DNA of 64,000 nucleotides from NCBI GenBank assembly GCA_007117355.1, contig SKGS01000031.1, positions 24,542 to 88,541 on the forward strand, given 5' to 3'. The notes below the pieces were generated by a model. It saw only the letters and a program-made list of their open reading frames with translations. It was not told where the DNA came from and ran no database searches. Origin of the DNA: Lishizhenia sp. GTDB taxonomy: Bacteria > Bacteroidota > Bacteroidia > Flavobacteriales_D > Crocinitomicaceae. The translations under genes and the position numbers were made by a program. Positions 47,334 to 57,370 of this stretch are shown piece after piece (positions within the stretch are counted from its first letter, which is position 1; every line of letters begins with the position of its first letter).

Positions 47334-48689
47334 CTATTTTTTATCAGATTTATCTTTATATTGTCTTCCACCGGCATAATAATCTGGCGGGAATCCGTTG
47401 AATTGTCGCCAAAGCTCATACCAAACTGGCACATCATTGAGTAACAAAATACTATTAGCACCTGCCCCAGGACGGAGTTCTTTTGGCCAAGGGTAATCGG
47501 CATAATCTGGTGCTACAATTATTCGATATAATCCATTGGTACTAATGTAGTTATCTATGGCAAAAACTAGACCTCCAAAAGTACCAAAACTAGTTCCAGG
47601 CCACCCTGAGAAAATAAATGCAGGCCATCCATCAAATTGTATTCTAACTTTCTGACCTAGTTTTATCAAAGGTAAATCAATCGGACGGATAAACATTTCA
47701 ACTGCTAACTCGTATTCAGAAGGAACAATACTAACCAATTGCTCTCCACTTTTTATCGTTTCACCAATTCCAATTCTAATTGCTTTGGTTATGTAACCAG
47801 TCTGTGGAGCTGTAACGTAATATAAGCCAAGTCTAACTGAGTAGTTTGTATATTGATTTTGCAGTTTGGTAACTGTTGCGTTAGCATCATACAGATTTGA
47901 GAAAGTAGCAAATTTATCCGACTCCGCTTTTGCAATTGCATTATTGAATTGAACTTCAATAGAATTAAGTTCCATTTCTGCATTTAGTACATCATTTTTA
48001 CTCTGTAAAAGCCTATTTTCAAACGCTACCTTCTCTGCGAATTGTCGTTGATAAACTTGTTTTCTATTTTCAGCATCCGTTAGTGATTTTAGCCCTTGCT
48101 TTTCCAATTCTTGCATACGAATGAACTGTTGATAAGCGATGTCAGCGTTAATCTTGGCAGCTTCAAGGTCGATACTATCACTAATAACTCGAAGTCGAAC
48201 TTGTTCTAAGGTGTTTTTTGCTTGTTTCATCTTTAAGACCAACGTTTTCTGAAGTGCATCAATTTGTGTTTCTAGCGCATTTATTTTCTCTTGGTAAGAA
48301 CTAGCAGAGAGAGTTTTGGCTTCTAATTGATCGCTTGTACGTTCTAATAACTGCGGGTCAAAATATTCATCTTTGATATCAGAAATAAATAAAATTGTAT
48401 CACCCTTTTCAACAAAATCACCTTCGCGTACAAACCATTGCTCAATCCTACCGTCGATTATGGAGTGGATTGTTTGAGGGCGTTGCTCAGGAAGTAAGGT
48501 GTTAACATTTCCAATCCCTCGAATATTTTGCGTCCAAGGTAGGAACATAGCAATTAATAAACACGTGAAAAATATGATAATAAGTTTTAAAGCAACCCTT
48601 TGAGAGACTCTAGCCTCAGCTGTATTTAGAGACGGAGAGGTTTCTCTGTTCATTTTATTGTCTATTTTTCCGGGAGATAGATTTAACAT
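47334..48689 (-). CDS. HlyD-family membrane fusion (periplasmic adaptor) protein
   Basis: A single N-terminal transmembrane helix, a long coiled-coil hairpin flanked by lipoyl-like segments, and a C-terminal beta-barrel region. There is a 12-nt gap to the ABC gene. Confidence 0.85.
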   Translation of the reverse strand: MLNLSPGKIDNKMNRETSPSLNTAEARVSQRVALKLIIIFFTCLLIAMFLPWTQNIRGIGNVNTLLPEQRPQTIHSIIDGRIEQWFVREGDFVEKGDTILFISDIKDEYFDPQLLERTSDQLEAKTLSASSYQEKINALETQIDALQKTLVLKMKQAKNTLEQVRLRVISDSIDLEAAKINADIAYQQFIRMQELEKQGLKSLTDAENRKQVYQRQFAEKVAFENRLLQSKNDVLNAEMELNSIEVQFNNAIAKAESDKFATFSNLYDANATVTKLQNQYTNYSVRLGLYYVTAPQTGYITKAIRIGIGETIKSGEQLVSIVPSEYELAVEMFIRPIDLPLIKLGQKVRIQFDGWPAFIFSGWPGTSFGTFGGLVFAIDNYISTNGLYRIIVAPDYADYPWPKELRPGAGANSILLLNDVPVWYELWRQFNGFPPDYYAGGRQYKDKSDKK

Positions 48690-48701
48690 AGTACAATCAA
48701 T

Positions 48702-50411
48702 TTAAAATTCATCTTTAACTTCATTATAAGACCCTATCTGCCTTATTCTTCCATTGTTCATTATTACAATTCTATCTACATATTTAGCTAAGTAATGATT
48801 AGAAGATGCAGAAACGATAGTCCAGCCATGGCTTTTGTCCAAAAGGAAGTCTATAGTTCTATTTCTATCGTCTTCGTCTAAATGCTCGAAAGAGTACTCT
48901 AAAAGTACAATTTTAGGTTTGTCAACTATCGACCTAGCAATCAATAATTTTTGAATAACGCTTTGTGGCAATGTTACACCACCAGGCTCTATAACAGTTT
49001 CATAACCTTTAGGCAATCGTTTAATGTAATCCGATAGACCAAGGTTGTTAATTGTCCATTTTACATTTTCAAAAGTAGCACCTTCTCTTCCTAACGTAAT
49101 GTTCTCAAGTAAGGTAGCGTTGAAAAGTTCTTCGCCAGCCAAACAAACACCGATAGAAGAGCGAAGTGTTTCAATATTTAAATTTCCTAGAGGGAAACCT
49201 TGATAAGAGATAACACCTTCTTCTAACTCATATAATCCAGCTAAAACATGCAAAAGAGTACTTTTTCCAGAGCCACTAGGCCCAGCTAACATGATTCTTT
49301 CACCACAATCAATGGATAAACGGATATTTTTTAGCACCTCGTTATTGCTACCTGGATAACTAAAGTTCAATTTTTCTAAATTTATCTCAATTCCATTGTC
49401 TGGGCATTCCTCTAATAAATTTACACCCTCTGATTTTTCCAGTTCCAGATCAGTTACTTGACCAATCTTTTCCATTGCGGTTAAAACGTCATATATTGTA
49501 TCAAGGCTTACGATAAGTTTTTCAACAGAACTAATAACCAATAGAATTATAATTTCAGCAGCGACGAATTGTCCAATATTCATTACTTGATTCATTACTA
49601 ACACTCCACCTATTGCTAAAAGTCCGGTAGCAACAATAACCTTAAACAAAACAAGCATGGAATACTGACCAATCAAAACCTTAAAATGGTTTTCCCTTGC
49701 ATCTAAATAGTTATCAACGTGTTTATCGATTCTTGTAAAAGGTAAATCAGTAACTCCAGCAAGTTTAAATGTTGAGCTTGTACGAGCAATTTCTTCAAGC
49801 CAGTATGCTGTTTGGTATTTATACTTCGATTCTTTTAAACTTGTAGCTAAACCTCTTTTTCCAAAATATTTAAAAATGAAATATAGCATTAAGACTAAAA
49901 ACACGCCAAAAATGATGAAAAACTCATGGTAGAGAGAAAGTAGTATTAGACCAAAAAGAACCTGAAGTGCAGCAGTAGATATACTAATTAAAATTTTAGC
50001 TAAACCTTTTTGAACTGTTAATACATCAAAAAAGCGGTTCATTAGTTCGGGAGTATATTTCTCAAATAATTGATCGAGCTTTATTCTTGGCATTCGATAT
50101 GCAAACTCAAAAGCCGCTCGAGCAAATATTCGCTGCTGTAAATTCTCTGTTATTCGAAGTTGGAAAATTTGTAAAATTCCATTAATGGCTACACCAGCAA
50201 CAACAAAAACAACAAGAACTATCCATGCTGAACTTACTTGTCCACCTTGAATTAAATTAACTATCGCTTGGATACCCAAGGGAAGTGAAAGGCTAACTAA
50301 ACCAGTAAAAATGGAATAATAATATACATGGCGTATATCTTTAGCATCCGTAGCAACCATTTTCCAAAATCGCTCTGTTGGTGTGTACGTCTTTTTAATA
50401 CTTTCAGCCAT
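48702..50411 (-). CDS. ABC exporter (fused TMD-NBD, no C39 peptidase domain) with a degenerate nucleotide-binding domain
   Basis: Six-helix ABC membrane domain followed by an NBD with an intact Walker A, GPSGSGKST (49257-49283). The signature reads LPQSV, Walker B plus catalytic Glu reads VLLEY, the Q-loop Gln is Ala, and the H-loop His is Ser. Its ATG is 1 nt after the TetR stop. Confidence 0.85.
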   Translation of the reverse strand: MAESIKKTYTPTERFWKMVATDAKDIRHVYYYSIFTGLVSLSLPLGIQAIVNLIQGGQVSSAWIVLVVFVVAGVAINGILQIFQLRITENLQQRIFARAAFEFAYRMPRIKLDQLFEKYTPELMNRFFDVLTVQKGLAKILISISTAALQVLFGLILLSLYHEFFIIFGVFLVLMLYFIFKYFGKRGLATSLKESKYKYQTAYWLEEIARTSSTFKLAGVTDLPFTRIDKHVDNYLDARENHFKVLIGQYSMLVLFKVIVATGLLAIGGVLVMNQVMNIGQFVAAEIIILLVISSVEKLIVSLDTIYDVLTAMEKIGQVTDLELEKSEGVNLLEECPDNGIEINLEKLNFSYPGSNNEVLKNIRLSIDCGERIMLAGPSGSGKSTLLHVLAGLYELEEGVISYQGFPLGNLNIETLRSSIGVCLAGEELFNATLLENITLGREGATFENVKWTINNLGLSDYIKRLPKGYETVIEPGGVTLPQSVIQKLLIARSIVDKPKIVLLEYSFEHLDEDDRNRTIDFLLDKSHGWTIVSASSNHYLAKYVDRIVIMNNGRIRQIGSYNEVKDEF

Positions 50412-50412
50412 T

Positions 50413-51090
50413 TTAATTTTTTATTGCGTTGATAACTAAGTTTGTATAAAAATTAATTATTGCGTCTTCATCATTTAATGAATCCGTTAAGCTCGGAATA
50501 TGCTCAGCAAAATAACGTTGGTGCAGTGCTCCTTCGACCACAGTTGAAATCAACATGTTTGGATATTTATAAGTAGGATTAATTTCTGAAATTATGAAAG
50601 AAATCTGTTCGATGAGTTGTTTGTAACTACCATATACACCTAATCGATCTTCTTCCTCTACAGATTTAGTAAAGTAAACCTTGGTGGATTCAGCAATAAT
50701 AATTTGTTGTAGCTTGACTTCATTAATATGTGTAAAACTGCTGTCTTGTTTAACTTTTTCTGAAACTGTTGCAACAGCTCTTCTTAGTCGTTCTAATGGA
50801 CAGTCGATATTTGTTGTAGCAAAAAACAGTCTCGATTCCATCCATCGCCAGTACCAAGCTGTAAGGTATAATAATAGTTTATGTTTATTTTCAAAATATC
50901 TGTAAATAGAAGCCTCTGTAGTTGATATATGTTGACCAAGTTTGCGAAAATTAAACTGATCTATTCCCAATTCTTGAATTAATTCAATACTTCCCGCTAC
51001 TATTTTTTTACCTAAATCGCTTGATTCCGGGTTCTTCAGATAAATGTGTTTGTTTACCTTAATACTTACTTTCGATAAAAAATCCTGCAT
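50413..51090 (-). CDS. TetR/AcrR-family transcriptional regulator
   Basis: N-terminal HTH (FNFRKLGQHISTTEASIYRYFENKHKLL) and a C-terminal all-helical ligand domain. It is the first gene of the operon. Confidence 0.85.
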   Translation of the reverse strand: MQDFLSKVSIKVNKHIYLKNPESSDLGKKIVAGSIELIQELGIDQFNFRKLGQHISTTEASIYRYFENKHKLLLYLTAWYWRWMESRLFFATTNIDCPLERLRRAVATVSEKVKQDSSFTHINEVKLQQIIIAESTKVYFTKSVEEEDRLGVYGSYKQLIEQISFIISEINPTYKYPNMLISTVVEGALHQRYFAEHIPSLTDSLNDEDAIINFYTNLVINAIKN

Positions 51091-51106
51091 TATTAAGTTT
51101 TGCTGA

Positions 51107-51114
51107 CAAATATA
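51107..51114 (-). promoter_or_regulatory. -7 promoter box (TAtaTTTG) for the TetR-ABC-HlyD-TolC operon
   Basis: The reverse complement of caaatata matches TAnnTTTG and lies 16 nt upstream of the TetR ATG. Confidence 0.45.
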
Positions 51115-51208
51115 AAAGTATTACTATCGAAATTGTTTGTTCGTGTAGTACAAAAAATGTTAAAAGTCCCTCATCTCATTAGGTAGCTGTGAAGCGAATC
51201 TACAATTC

Positions 51209-52450
51209 CTAATACTTAGCAAACAAAGCACTCGCAATATGACCACCGAATCCGAAAGTATTACTCAATGCATAGTTCACTTTTTTTGATTCTCCTACTT
51301 TTAAAGGAAAATCAAAAGCATCTGCAAAATCTGGTTCAAGGTTTTCAACATTTATTGTCGGCGGTATTGCCTGCTTTTCAATTGCTTTTACGCAAAGAAT
51401 CGCTTCAATAGCTCCAGCTGCTCCGAGTAGATGACCAGTCATTGATTTTGTTCCGCTAATTGAAAGAGATTTTCTTCTACCAAAAAGTTTTTCAACGGCT
51501 TTTAGTTCGCTTATATCTCCAAGTGGAGTAGAAGTAGCATGTAAATTTAGGTAATCAATATCATCAACAGAAACGCCAGCCTCTTCCAAGGCAAGTGACA
51601 TTCCCAAAATTGCTCCACGACCTTCGGGATGAGTAGCGGTTAAGTGATAAGCGTCCGCAGCCATACCGCCACCAACAACCTCTGCGTAGATTTTAGCTCC
51701 ACGTTTTTTTGCATGTTCATAATCTTCCAAAATTAACGCTCCGGCTCCTTCTCCCATTACAAAACCATCTCTTTCAATATCGAATGGACGAGAGGCCCTT
51801 TCTGGCGATTCGTTGCGAGTAGATAAAGCTTTAGCAGCACCAAAACCAGCAATGGTACTAGGTATTATCGCTGCTTCTGAACCTCCTGTAATTATAATAT
51901 CTGCTTTATTCCATTTTATATAATTAAAAGCGTCAATGATGGCGGTAGTAGATGTTGCGCAAGCCGAAACAGTGCAATAGTTTACTCCACGCAAACCATA
52001 TTTCATAGAAATAATTCCTGCTGCTATGTCAACTAATATGCGAGGAATAAAAAATGGTGAAAACCTAGGCGTTTGAGTATCACTTTCATAATATTCTTTT
52101 AACTGCTGTTCAAACGATTGAATTCCACCGTTTCCTGAACCCCAAATAACACCAGCTCTGTCAAGGTTTATTGTTGACAAATCTAACTGACTATCTTCCA
52201 ATGCTTCTCTGGTAGCCACCAAAGCATATTGAGTGAATTTATCATACGTTTTTATTTCCTTTCTATCAAAATGATCGGATGGGTTGTAATTTTTTAACTC
52301 ACAGGCAAATTGTGTTTTAAATGGTGTTGGATCAAAAGAACTAATTCTTTCTGCACCGCTTAGCCCCTTCATGCTATTTTCCCAAAACTCATTTGTATTC
52401 GATCCTATAGGAGTTAAAGCCCCCAATCCTGTTATTACAACTCTTTTCAT
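51209..52450 (-). CDS. fabF: beta-ketoacyl-ACP synthase II
   Basis: Active-site Cys context VSACATS, His motifs (YLNLHATST and GHLLGAAG) and the C-terminal NTFGFGGH. The track start at 52474 is a TTG, and the ATG at 52450 gives the canonical MKRVVITGLG. Confidence 0.92.
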   Translation of the reverse strand: MKRVVITGLGALTPIGSNTNEFWENSMKGLSGAERISSFDPTPFKTQFACELKNYNPSDHFDRKEIKTYDKFTQYALVATREALEDSQLDLSTINLDRAGVIWGSGNGGIQSFEQQLKEYYESDTQTPRFSPFFIPRILVDIAAGIISMKYGLRGVNYCTVSACATSTTAIIDAFNYIKWNKADIIITGGSEAAIIPSTIAGFGAAKALSTRNESPERASRPFDIERDGFVMGEGAGALILEDYEHAKKRGAKIYAEVVGGGMAADAYHLTATHPEGRGAILGMSLALEEAGVSVDDIDYLNLHATSTPLGDISELKAVEKLFGRRKSLSISGTKSMTGHLLGAAGAIEAILCVKAIEKQAIPPTINVENLEPDFADAFDFPLKVGESKKVNYALSNTFGFGGHIASALFAKY

Positions 52451-52529
52451 TTCTAAAACTTTTAATGGGTTCAAAAATACATTTAAACCTGAAAAAGATT
52501 AGAAAATAAAGCTTAATAATGCTGATAGG

Positions 52530-55241
52530 TTATTGCCTTACCAGATGCACAAAACCGTGAATAGTTTTCGTTTCCGAATCTCCTATGGCATTATAATTAA
52601 TGTAATAGAAATAAACTCCTTCTATTACTTGATTTCCAGAAGCATCTCGACCGTCCCACTCAAAATCGTAGTCATTAAACTTGATGATTTCATTACCCCA
52701 ACGATTTACAATGAGGCAGTCAAAAGAATCAATGAGTTCTGGATTAACCATATTAATTAATTTGAAAACATCATTTGTCCCATCATTGTTTGGAGTAAAT
52801 ACATTCGGAGCTTCAACGCTTGGTGGTTCTAAAGTAACAATTATCGAATCAATCGCCAATCCAGGACATTGTTCTAACTCACCAGACAACACAACTATAT
52901 AAACACCTGGTTCTGTATAAACCATTGTTTCGTCACCATTCTCGTTACTAAATTCCCCATTTCCAAAATCCCAGGTGTAATTACCGCCAGGGGTTGAGTT
53001 ATTGGTAAATTCAACAGTTAATGGAACACTTCCAGAATTTGGATTGGCCGTAAAACTAACAACCGGATTAGGTAGCACTTCCAAGTTAAAGGAATCCTCA
53101 TTATCACAATCGTTACCATCTGTACCAACAACAGTAATTTCAAATGTACCAACATCTGGTGTGAAAGAAGTTCCGTTTTCAACTCCATTGCTCCATTCGT
53201 AATTCACAGCACCTGATGCGTTAAGAAAAACTTCTTCTCCTTCACAAATTACTACATCAGGACCAGCATTTACATTTGGCAAAGGATTTATTACCAATTC
53301 AAGAACTATTGTACTGTCACAACCATTGATGGTTTCTCCTAGAAAAGAATAACTTCCTGTACTGGTGTACGTTTCTCCATTTACGTCCCAAGTGAATTCG
53401 GCACAGTGCTCTTCGTTAACTGTTTCAAAAAAAGTTGGATGAACTGTTAATGTAACTTCTGAAGAATCTTTACAACCATTTTCATCGATATACATATAAC
53501 CCAATAAATGGTCTCCTTCTCCAGCATTAGAAGCAATAAAAGAGTTCCCGACTACGCCATCTCCTGTGTAGGTTCCGCCAGTTGGAGTGAAATAACTTAA
53601 ATCATCAATTTCCTCGTTCAAACAAAGTTCATCAGTGCTAATACCTTCCACTACTGGTAATTCAAATACTTGTATATCTCCTGTTTCTGTTGGAATACTT
53701 GCACAATTATCAACCTCTACTAAAACGGTGTAAACACCTGCATTTTCAAATGACGCATTAGGAACAATTGGATTTTGTTCTTCTGATGAAAAACCATCTG
53801 GACCAGACCAAGTATAGGTAGCGCCGGGGATTGTATCAGAAAAAAGTTCAATTGTTTCACCAAAACAAACATCACCACCAGAAGACACGGCTTCAAGCGA
53901 GATAGAAGCAAAATCACTAAAAAATCCATAGCGGCAACCTGAACTTTCACCACCATTAATTATTGCTAGGTGGAACAACCCTTCGGTGTTATTTACTAGT
54001 GTTGGTTGATTTGCCGGAACCACATTTGTTCCATATTGAATTCGAGCATAAACCCACTCTCCATCAGTTCCCGGAACAGCATTAAAATCTCCACCGTTGA
54101 TAACCCCAGCATTTCCATTCATGAGAAAATCATCTTGAAACCCATCTTGTGTAATTAATAAAAGCCCGAAGTTTTCTGTGGTAGCCCTTGTAAAACTAAC
54201 TTGATTTGACCCAGTACATTCAATAGGAGGAAGAATTGCACCACCAACTTCACAACCAAATCCAGTAGTATGATAAACATAAGCGGGGACAGATGTTTCA
54301 ATAAAGGTGCTAGGGTCATTTATTACAACCATGTGTGTTTGCCCTTCGTTAATTGTTGCAACTGGTGCTGCATCTCCATTAATAAATATTTGAGTTCCGT
54401 TTTCAACCGCGGTAACAAATGCTCTATCAGGCCCTCCTAAAAAACCTCGAATTACGATATATTCAGTTCCCAAAAGAGGAATGGGAACGAGTTGGTCGCC
54501 TTGTAAATCTCTACAACCTCCGTAACTTGCACTTCTATTTGAATCATCTGAATAAGTAACAGCAATAGGTTTATCAGACGATATTTTTGTCCCTGTAACA
54601 TTTAAAGGTCCGCTTGGACTTATTGCTACACCAGAGTATGTCTGCCCTTCGTTTAAAACAATGGTAAAAGGAGTTCCAGCTGCTCCACCTACAATGGCAT
54701 TTGAAGGCGTTATTGTAATGGCTGTATTATCTTCTATTGCAATTATATCGAACGTGCTTGTGGCAACAGGATTGTAATCTCCAGATTCCCAGAAAGTTTG
54801 TCCTGCTACGAAAAATTCAGTCCCTAAGGCATTTCTACCTTTGAGGGTAAAAATGTCGGGGTTATTTGTAACATTAACTTCATAGTAAACATCTATTTCT
54901 ACAGTTGACTCCACTTTTAAACCGTAATTTAAAATTTGATTAGCTGGTTTATTTTCTACTATATTCTTCCAAGGAGTTAAATCTACAGTAATGGTTTGGT
55001 TAGCAGCAATATTCAAATTTTGGACAGGGAAATTGGGGTTAGCAGGTTGAGAAATAACAATGTCTCCAGCTTGATTTTGAGAAGAAATACGAATAAAAAT
55101 TGGCTCATCTCCATGTCCACTCGTTACTTCCGGTGCAACAAACCAAAATAAAGTATCTGTCTGAGAACTAGCAAAAAAATGAAGTAATAAAAAAATACTT
55201 GTAAATAGAAATGTCTTAACGTTTCTTACTGTAGTATGCAT
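52530..55241 (-). CDS. large secreted adhesin-like protein with T9SS type B (gliding-motility-associated) C-terminal domain
   Basis: Signal peptide. A roughly 450-aa N-terminal region resembles the IgGFc-binding-protein N-terminal domain. Ig-like and PKD modules (YTWDFGNGE). The C-terminal APNVFTPNNDGTNDVF... is characteristic of the type B domain. Confidence 0.75.
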   Translation of the reverse strand: MHTTVRNVKTFLFTSIFLLLHFFASSQTDTLFWFVAPEVTSGHGDEPIFIRISSQNQAGDIVISQPANPNFPVQNLNIAANQTITVDLTPWKNIVENKPANQILNYGLKVESTVEIDVYYEVNVTNNPDIFTLKGRNALGTEFFVAGQTFWESGDYNPVATSTFDIIAIEDNTAITITPSNAIVGGAAGTPFTIVLNEGQTYSGVAISPSGPLNVTGTKISSDKPIAVTYSDDSNRSASYGGCRDLQGDQLVPIPLLGTEYIVIRGFLGGPDRAFVTAVENGTQIFINGDAAPVATINEGQTHMVVINDPSTFIETSVPAYVYHTTGFGCEVGGAILPPIECTGSNQVSFTRATTENFGLLLITQDGFQDDFLMNGNAGVINGGDFNAVPGTDGEWVYARIQYGTNVVPANQPTLVNNTEGLFHLAIINGGESSGCRYGFFSDFASISLEAVSSGGDVCFGETIELFSDTIPGATYTWSGPDGFSSEEQNPIVPNASFENAGVYTVLVEVDNCASIPTETGDIQVFELPVVEGISTDELCLNEEIDDLSYFTPTGGTYTGDGVVGNSFIASNAGEGDHLLGYMYIDENGCKDSSEVTLTVHPTFFETVNEEHCAEFTWDVNGETYTSTGSYSFLGETINGCDSTIVLELVINPLPNVNAGPDVVICEGEEVFLNASGAVNYEWSNGVENGTSFTPDVGTFEITVVGTDGNDCDNEDSFNLEVLPNPVVSFTANPNSGSVPLTVEFTNNSTPGGNYTWDFGNGEFSNENGDETMVYTEPGVYIVVLSGELEQCPGLAIDSIIVTLEPPSVEAPNVFTPNNDGTNDVFKLINMVNPELIDSFDCLIVNRWGNEIIKFNDYDFEWDGRDASGNQVIEGVYFYYINYNAIGDSETKTIHGFVHLVRQ

Positions 55242-55402
55242 GTTGTATTCAATTAGTAATCAAAAAAGAAAGCTAATATAATTAATTTTTTGAAGTTTTC
55301 GTGAAATTGAGTAAAACTATAATTTCATCTTAAAATAAAATATCATGATAAGAATCATTAATGCCAAATCCTAAATTTTAAAATGTATCTAATTACTATT
55401 GT

Positions 55403-55410
55403 TATTTTTG
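55403..55410 (+). promoter_or_regulatory. -7 promoter box (TAttTTTG) for ftsH
   Basis: tatttttg lies 19 nt upstream of the ftsH ATG. Confidence 0.45.
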
Positions 55411-55429
55411 TACGAACTAATTTTTTCGA

Positions 55430-57358
55430 ATGACAGAAAATAGAAAATCAAATAAAGGCTTTAAACAAAAATTAAAAACGCCACAACCAAGGTTTAGTTT
55501 ATTATGGCTTTACGTAGTGATAATGCTCGTCTTTTTTGGTGTTTCTATCTTTAACACAACGCCAACAACAGATATAGATTGGAACGACTTCAAGTCTAAT
55601 ATGTTGCAAAAAGGACATGTGGAACGACTTGTTGTTGTGAATAATGAAAAAGTTGAAGTATATATTTTAAGAGATAGTTTAAACGCTAAACGACACGAAG
55701 AAATAAGTCGGCAGGTAAATGGTCCTCAATATTCTTTTTCTATTGGTTCAGTGGATTTCTTTCAAAATCAATTAGCCGAAGCACAAAAAGATATCCCTCT
55801 TGAAAAACAAATTAGTCCACGTTTTGAAACAAGAGAAAATTGGGTTTCCAATATTTTGTCGTGGATATTACCGATAATTATTATTCTCGCCGTTTGGCTA
55901 TTTATCTTCCGAAGGATGTCAGGTAGAATGGGACCTGGTGGTGCAGGAGGTGGAAACCCATTTATGAATACTGGAAAAAGTAATGCGAAATTGGTGGAAG
56001 GAAAAGATAAAATTGATATCAATTTTGACGATGTTGCAGGACTTGACGAAGCGAAAGAAGAGGTGATGGAGGTGGTTGACTTTTTAAAGCATCCAGATAA
56101 ATATAAAAAACTCGGAGCAAAAATACCAAAAGGGGTTTTATTGACTGGTCCTCCCGGAACTGGTAAGACATTAATGGCTAAGGCTATGGCAGGTGAATCG
56201 GGTGTTCCGTTTTTCTCTATTTCTGGTTCTGACTTTGTTGAAATGTTTGTAGGAGTTGGAGCTGCAAGAGTTAGAGATTTATTTAAAAAAGGTAGAGAAA
56301 AAGCTCCTTGTATAATTTTCATCGACGAAATTGAAGCAATTGGTAGGTCTAGAGGAAATTCCAAAACACAAACTAATGATGAACGGGAAAATACCTTAAA
56401 TCAGCTGTTAGTAGAAATGGACGGTTTTAGTAGTGAAAAAACTGTAATTATTCTTGCAGCAACCAACAGACCGGATTTATTGGATAATGCGCTATTAAGA
56501 CCTGGTCGTTTTGATCGTCAAATATTTATCGGAAAACCAGATGTTCACGGTCGAAGAGATATCTTTAAAGTGCATTTAAAAAAGTTAACATTAGGACCTG
56601 ATGTTGACGCGGAAGAGTTGGCTAGACAAACACCCGGTTTTGCAGGTGCAGAAATTGCAAATGTATGTAATGAAGCAGCGATTCATGCAGCTAGAAAAAA
56701 GAAAGACGCAATTGACTCAGAAGATTTTAATGCCGCGATAGACCGAGTGATTGGTGGTTTGGAAAAGAAAAATAAACTCATTTCTCCCAAAGAAAAAGAG
56801 ATTATTGCTTACCACGAAACAGGACATGCCATTTGTGGTTGGTATTTAAAAAATGCACATCCTTTGGTAAAAGTTTCCATCATTCCTCGTGGTCAAATGG
56901 CATTAGGCTTTGCGCAATACATTCCAAAAGAACAAAATCTTTACACGCAAGAAGAATTGATAGATACCATCTGCATGACCCTTGGCGGTAGGGTAGTGGA
57001 GGAGCTGATTTTTGGCGATATTTCTACTGGAGCACAAAATGATTTAGAACGCACCACGCAAATGGCTTATTCCATGATTGCATTGTATGGAATGAATAAA
57101 AAAGTTGGTCCATTCTCTTTTAAGGAATTGCAAAATGAATATAATTTTGGAAAACCTTACTCAGATGAAACAGCGCACCTTATTGACGATGAAGCACGAA
57201 AATTTATTTTAGAATGTTATGCTAGAACAAGGGAGCTTTTGGAAAAATACAAACCGCAAATTGAGTTAATAGCCAAAGAGTTAATGGAGAAGGAGGTGCT
57301 TTATAGAGATGATTTCGTTCGAATATTGGGAGAAAGGCCTTTTGAAGAAAACGAATAA
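55430..57358 (+). CDS. ftsH: ATP-dependent zinc metalloprotease FtsH
   Basis: Two transmembrane helices, AAA+ Walker A GPPGTGKT, Walker B IIFIDEIE, second region of homology, and zinc site HETGHAI. Confidence 0.97.
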   Translation: MTENRKSNKGFKQKLKTPQPRFSLLWLYVVIMLVFFGVSIFNTTPTTDIDWNDFKSNMLQKGHVERLVVVNNEKVEVYILRDSLNAKRHEEISRQVNGPQYSFSIGSVDFFQNQLAEAQKDIPLEKQISPRFETRENWVSNILSWILPIIIILAVWLFIFRRMSGRMGPGGAGGGNPFMNTGKSNAKLVEGKDKIDINFDDVAGLDEAKEEVMEVVDFLKHPDKYKKLGAKIPKGVLLTGPPGTGKTLMAKAMAGESGVPFFSISGSDFVEMFVGVGAARVRDLFKKGREKAPCIIFIDEIEAIGRSRGNSKTQTNDERENTLNQLLVEMDGFSSEKTVIILAATNRPDLLDNALLRPGRFDRQIFIGKPDVHGRRDIFKVHLKKLTLGPDVDAEELARQTPGFAGAEIANVCNEAAIHAARKKKDAIDSEDFNAAIDRVIGGLEKKNKLISPKEKEIIAYHETGHAICGWYLKNAHPLVKVSIIPRGQMALGFAQYIPKEQNLYTQEELIDTICMTLGGRVVEELIFGDISTGAQNDLERTTQMAYSMIALYGMNKKVGPFSFKELQNEYNFGKPYSDETAHLIDDEARKFILECYARTRELLEKYKPQIELIAKELMEKEVLYRDDFVRILGERPFEENE

Positions 57359-57370
57359 ATTTATTGAAGT

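Noticed and set aside
47270-47503. 77-aa minus-strand ORF overlapping the HlyD/TolC junction
   Set aside because: It is out of frame and overlaps two well-supported operon genes. It has no independent signal.
55768-56364. 198-aa minus-strand ORF, the longest unexplained ORF in the track
   Set aside because: It lies entirely antisense inside the very well supported ftsH gene. Its translation is low-complexity and Pro/Ser/Ile-rich with no motifs. This is a typical shadow ORF opposite a conserved gene.
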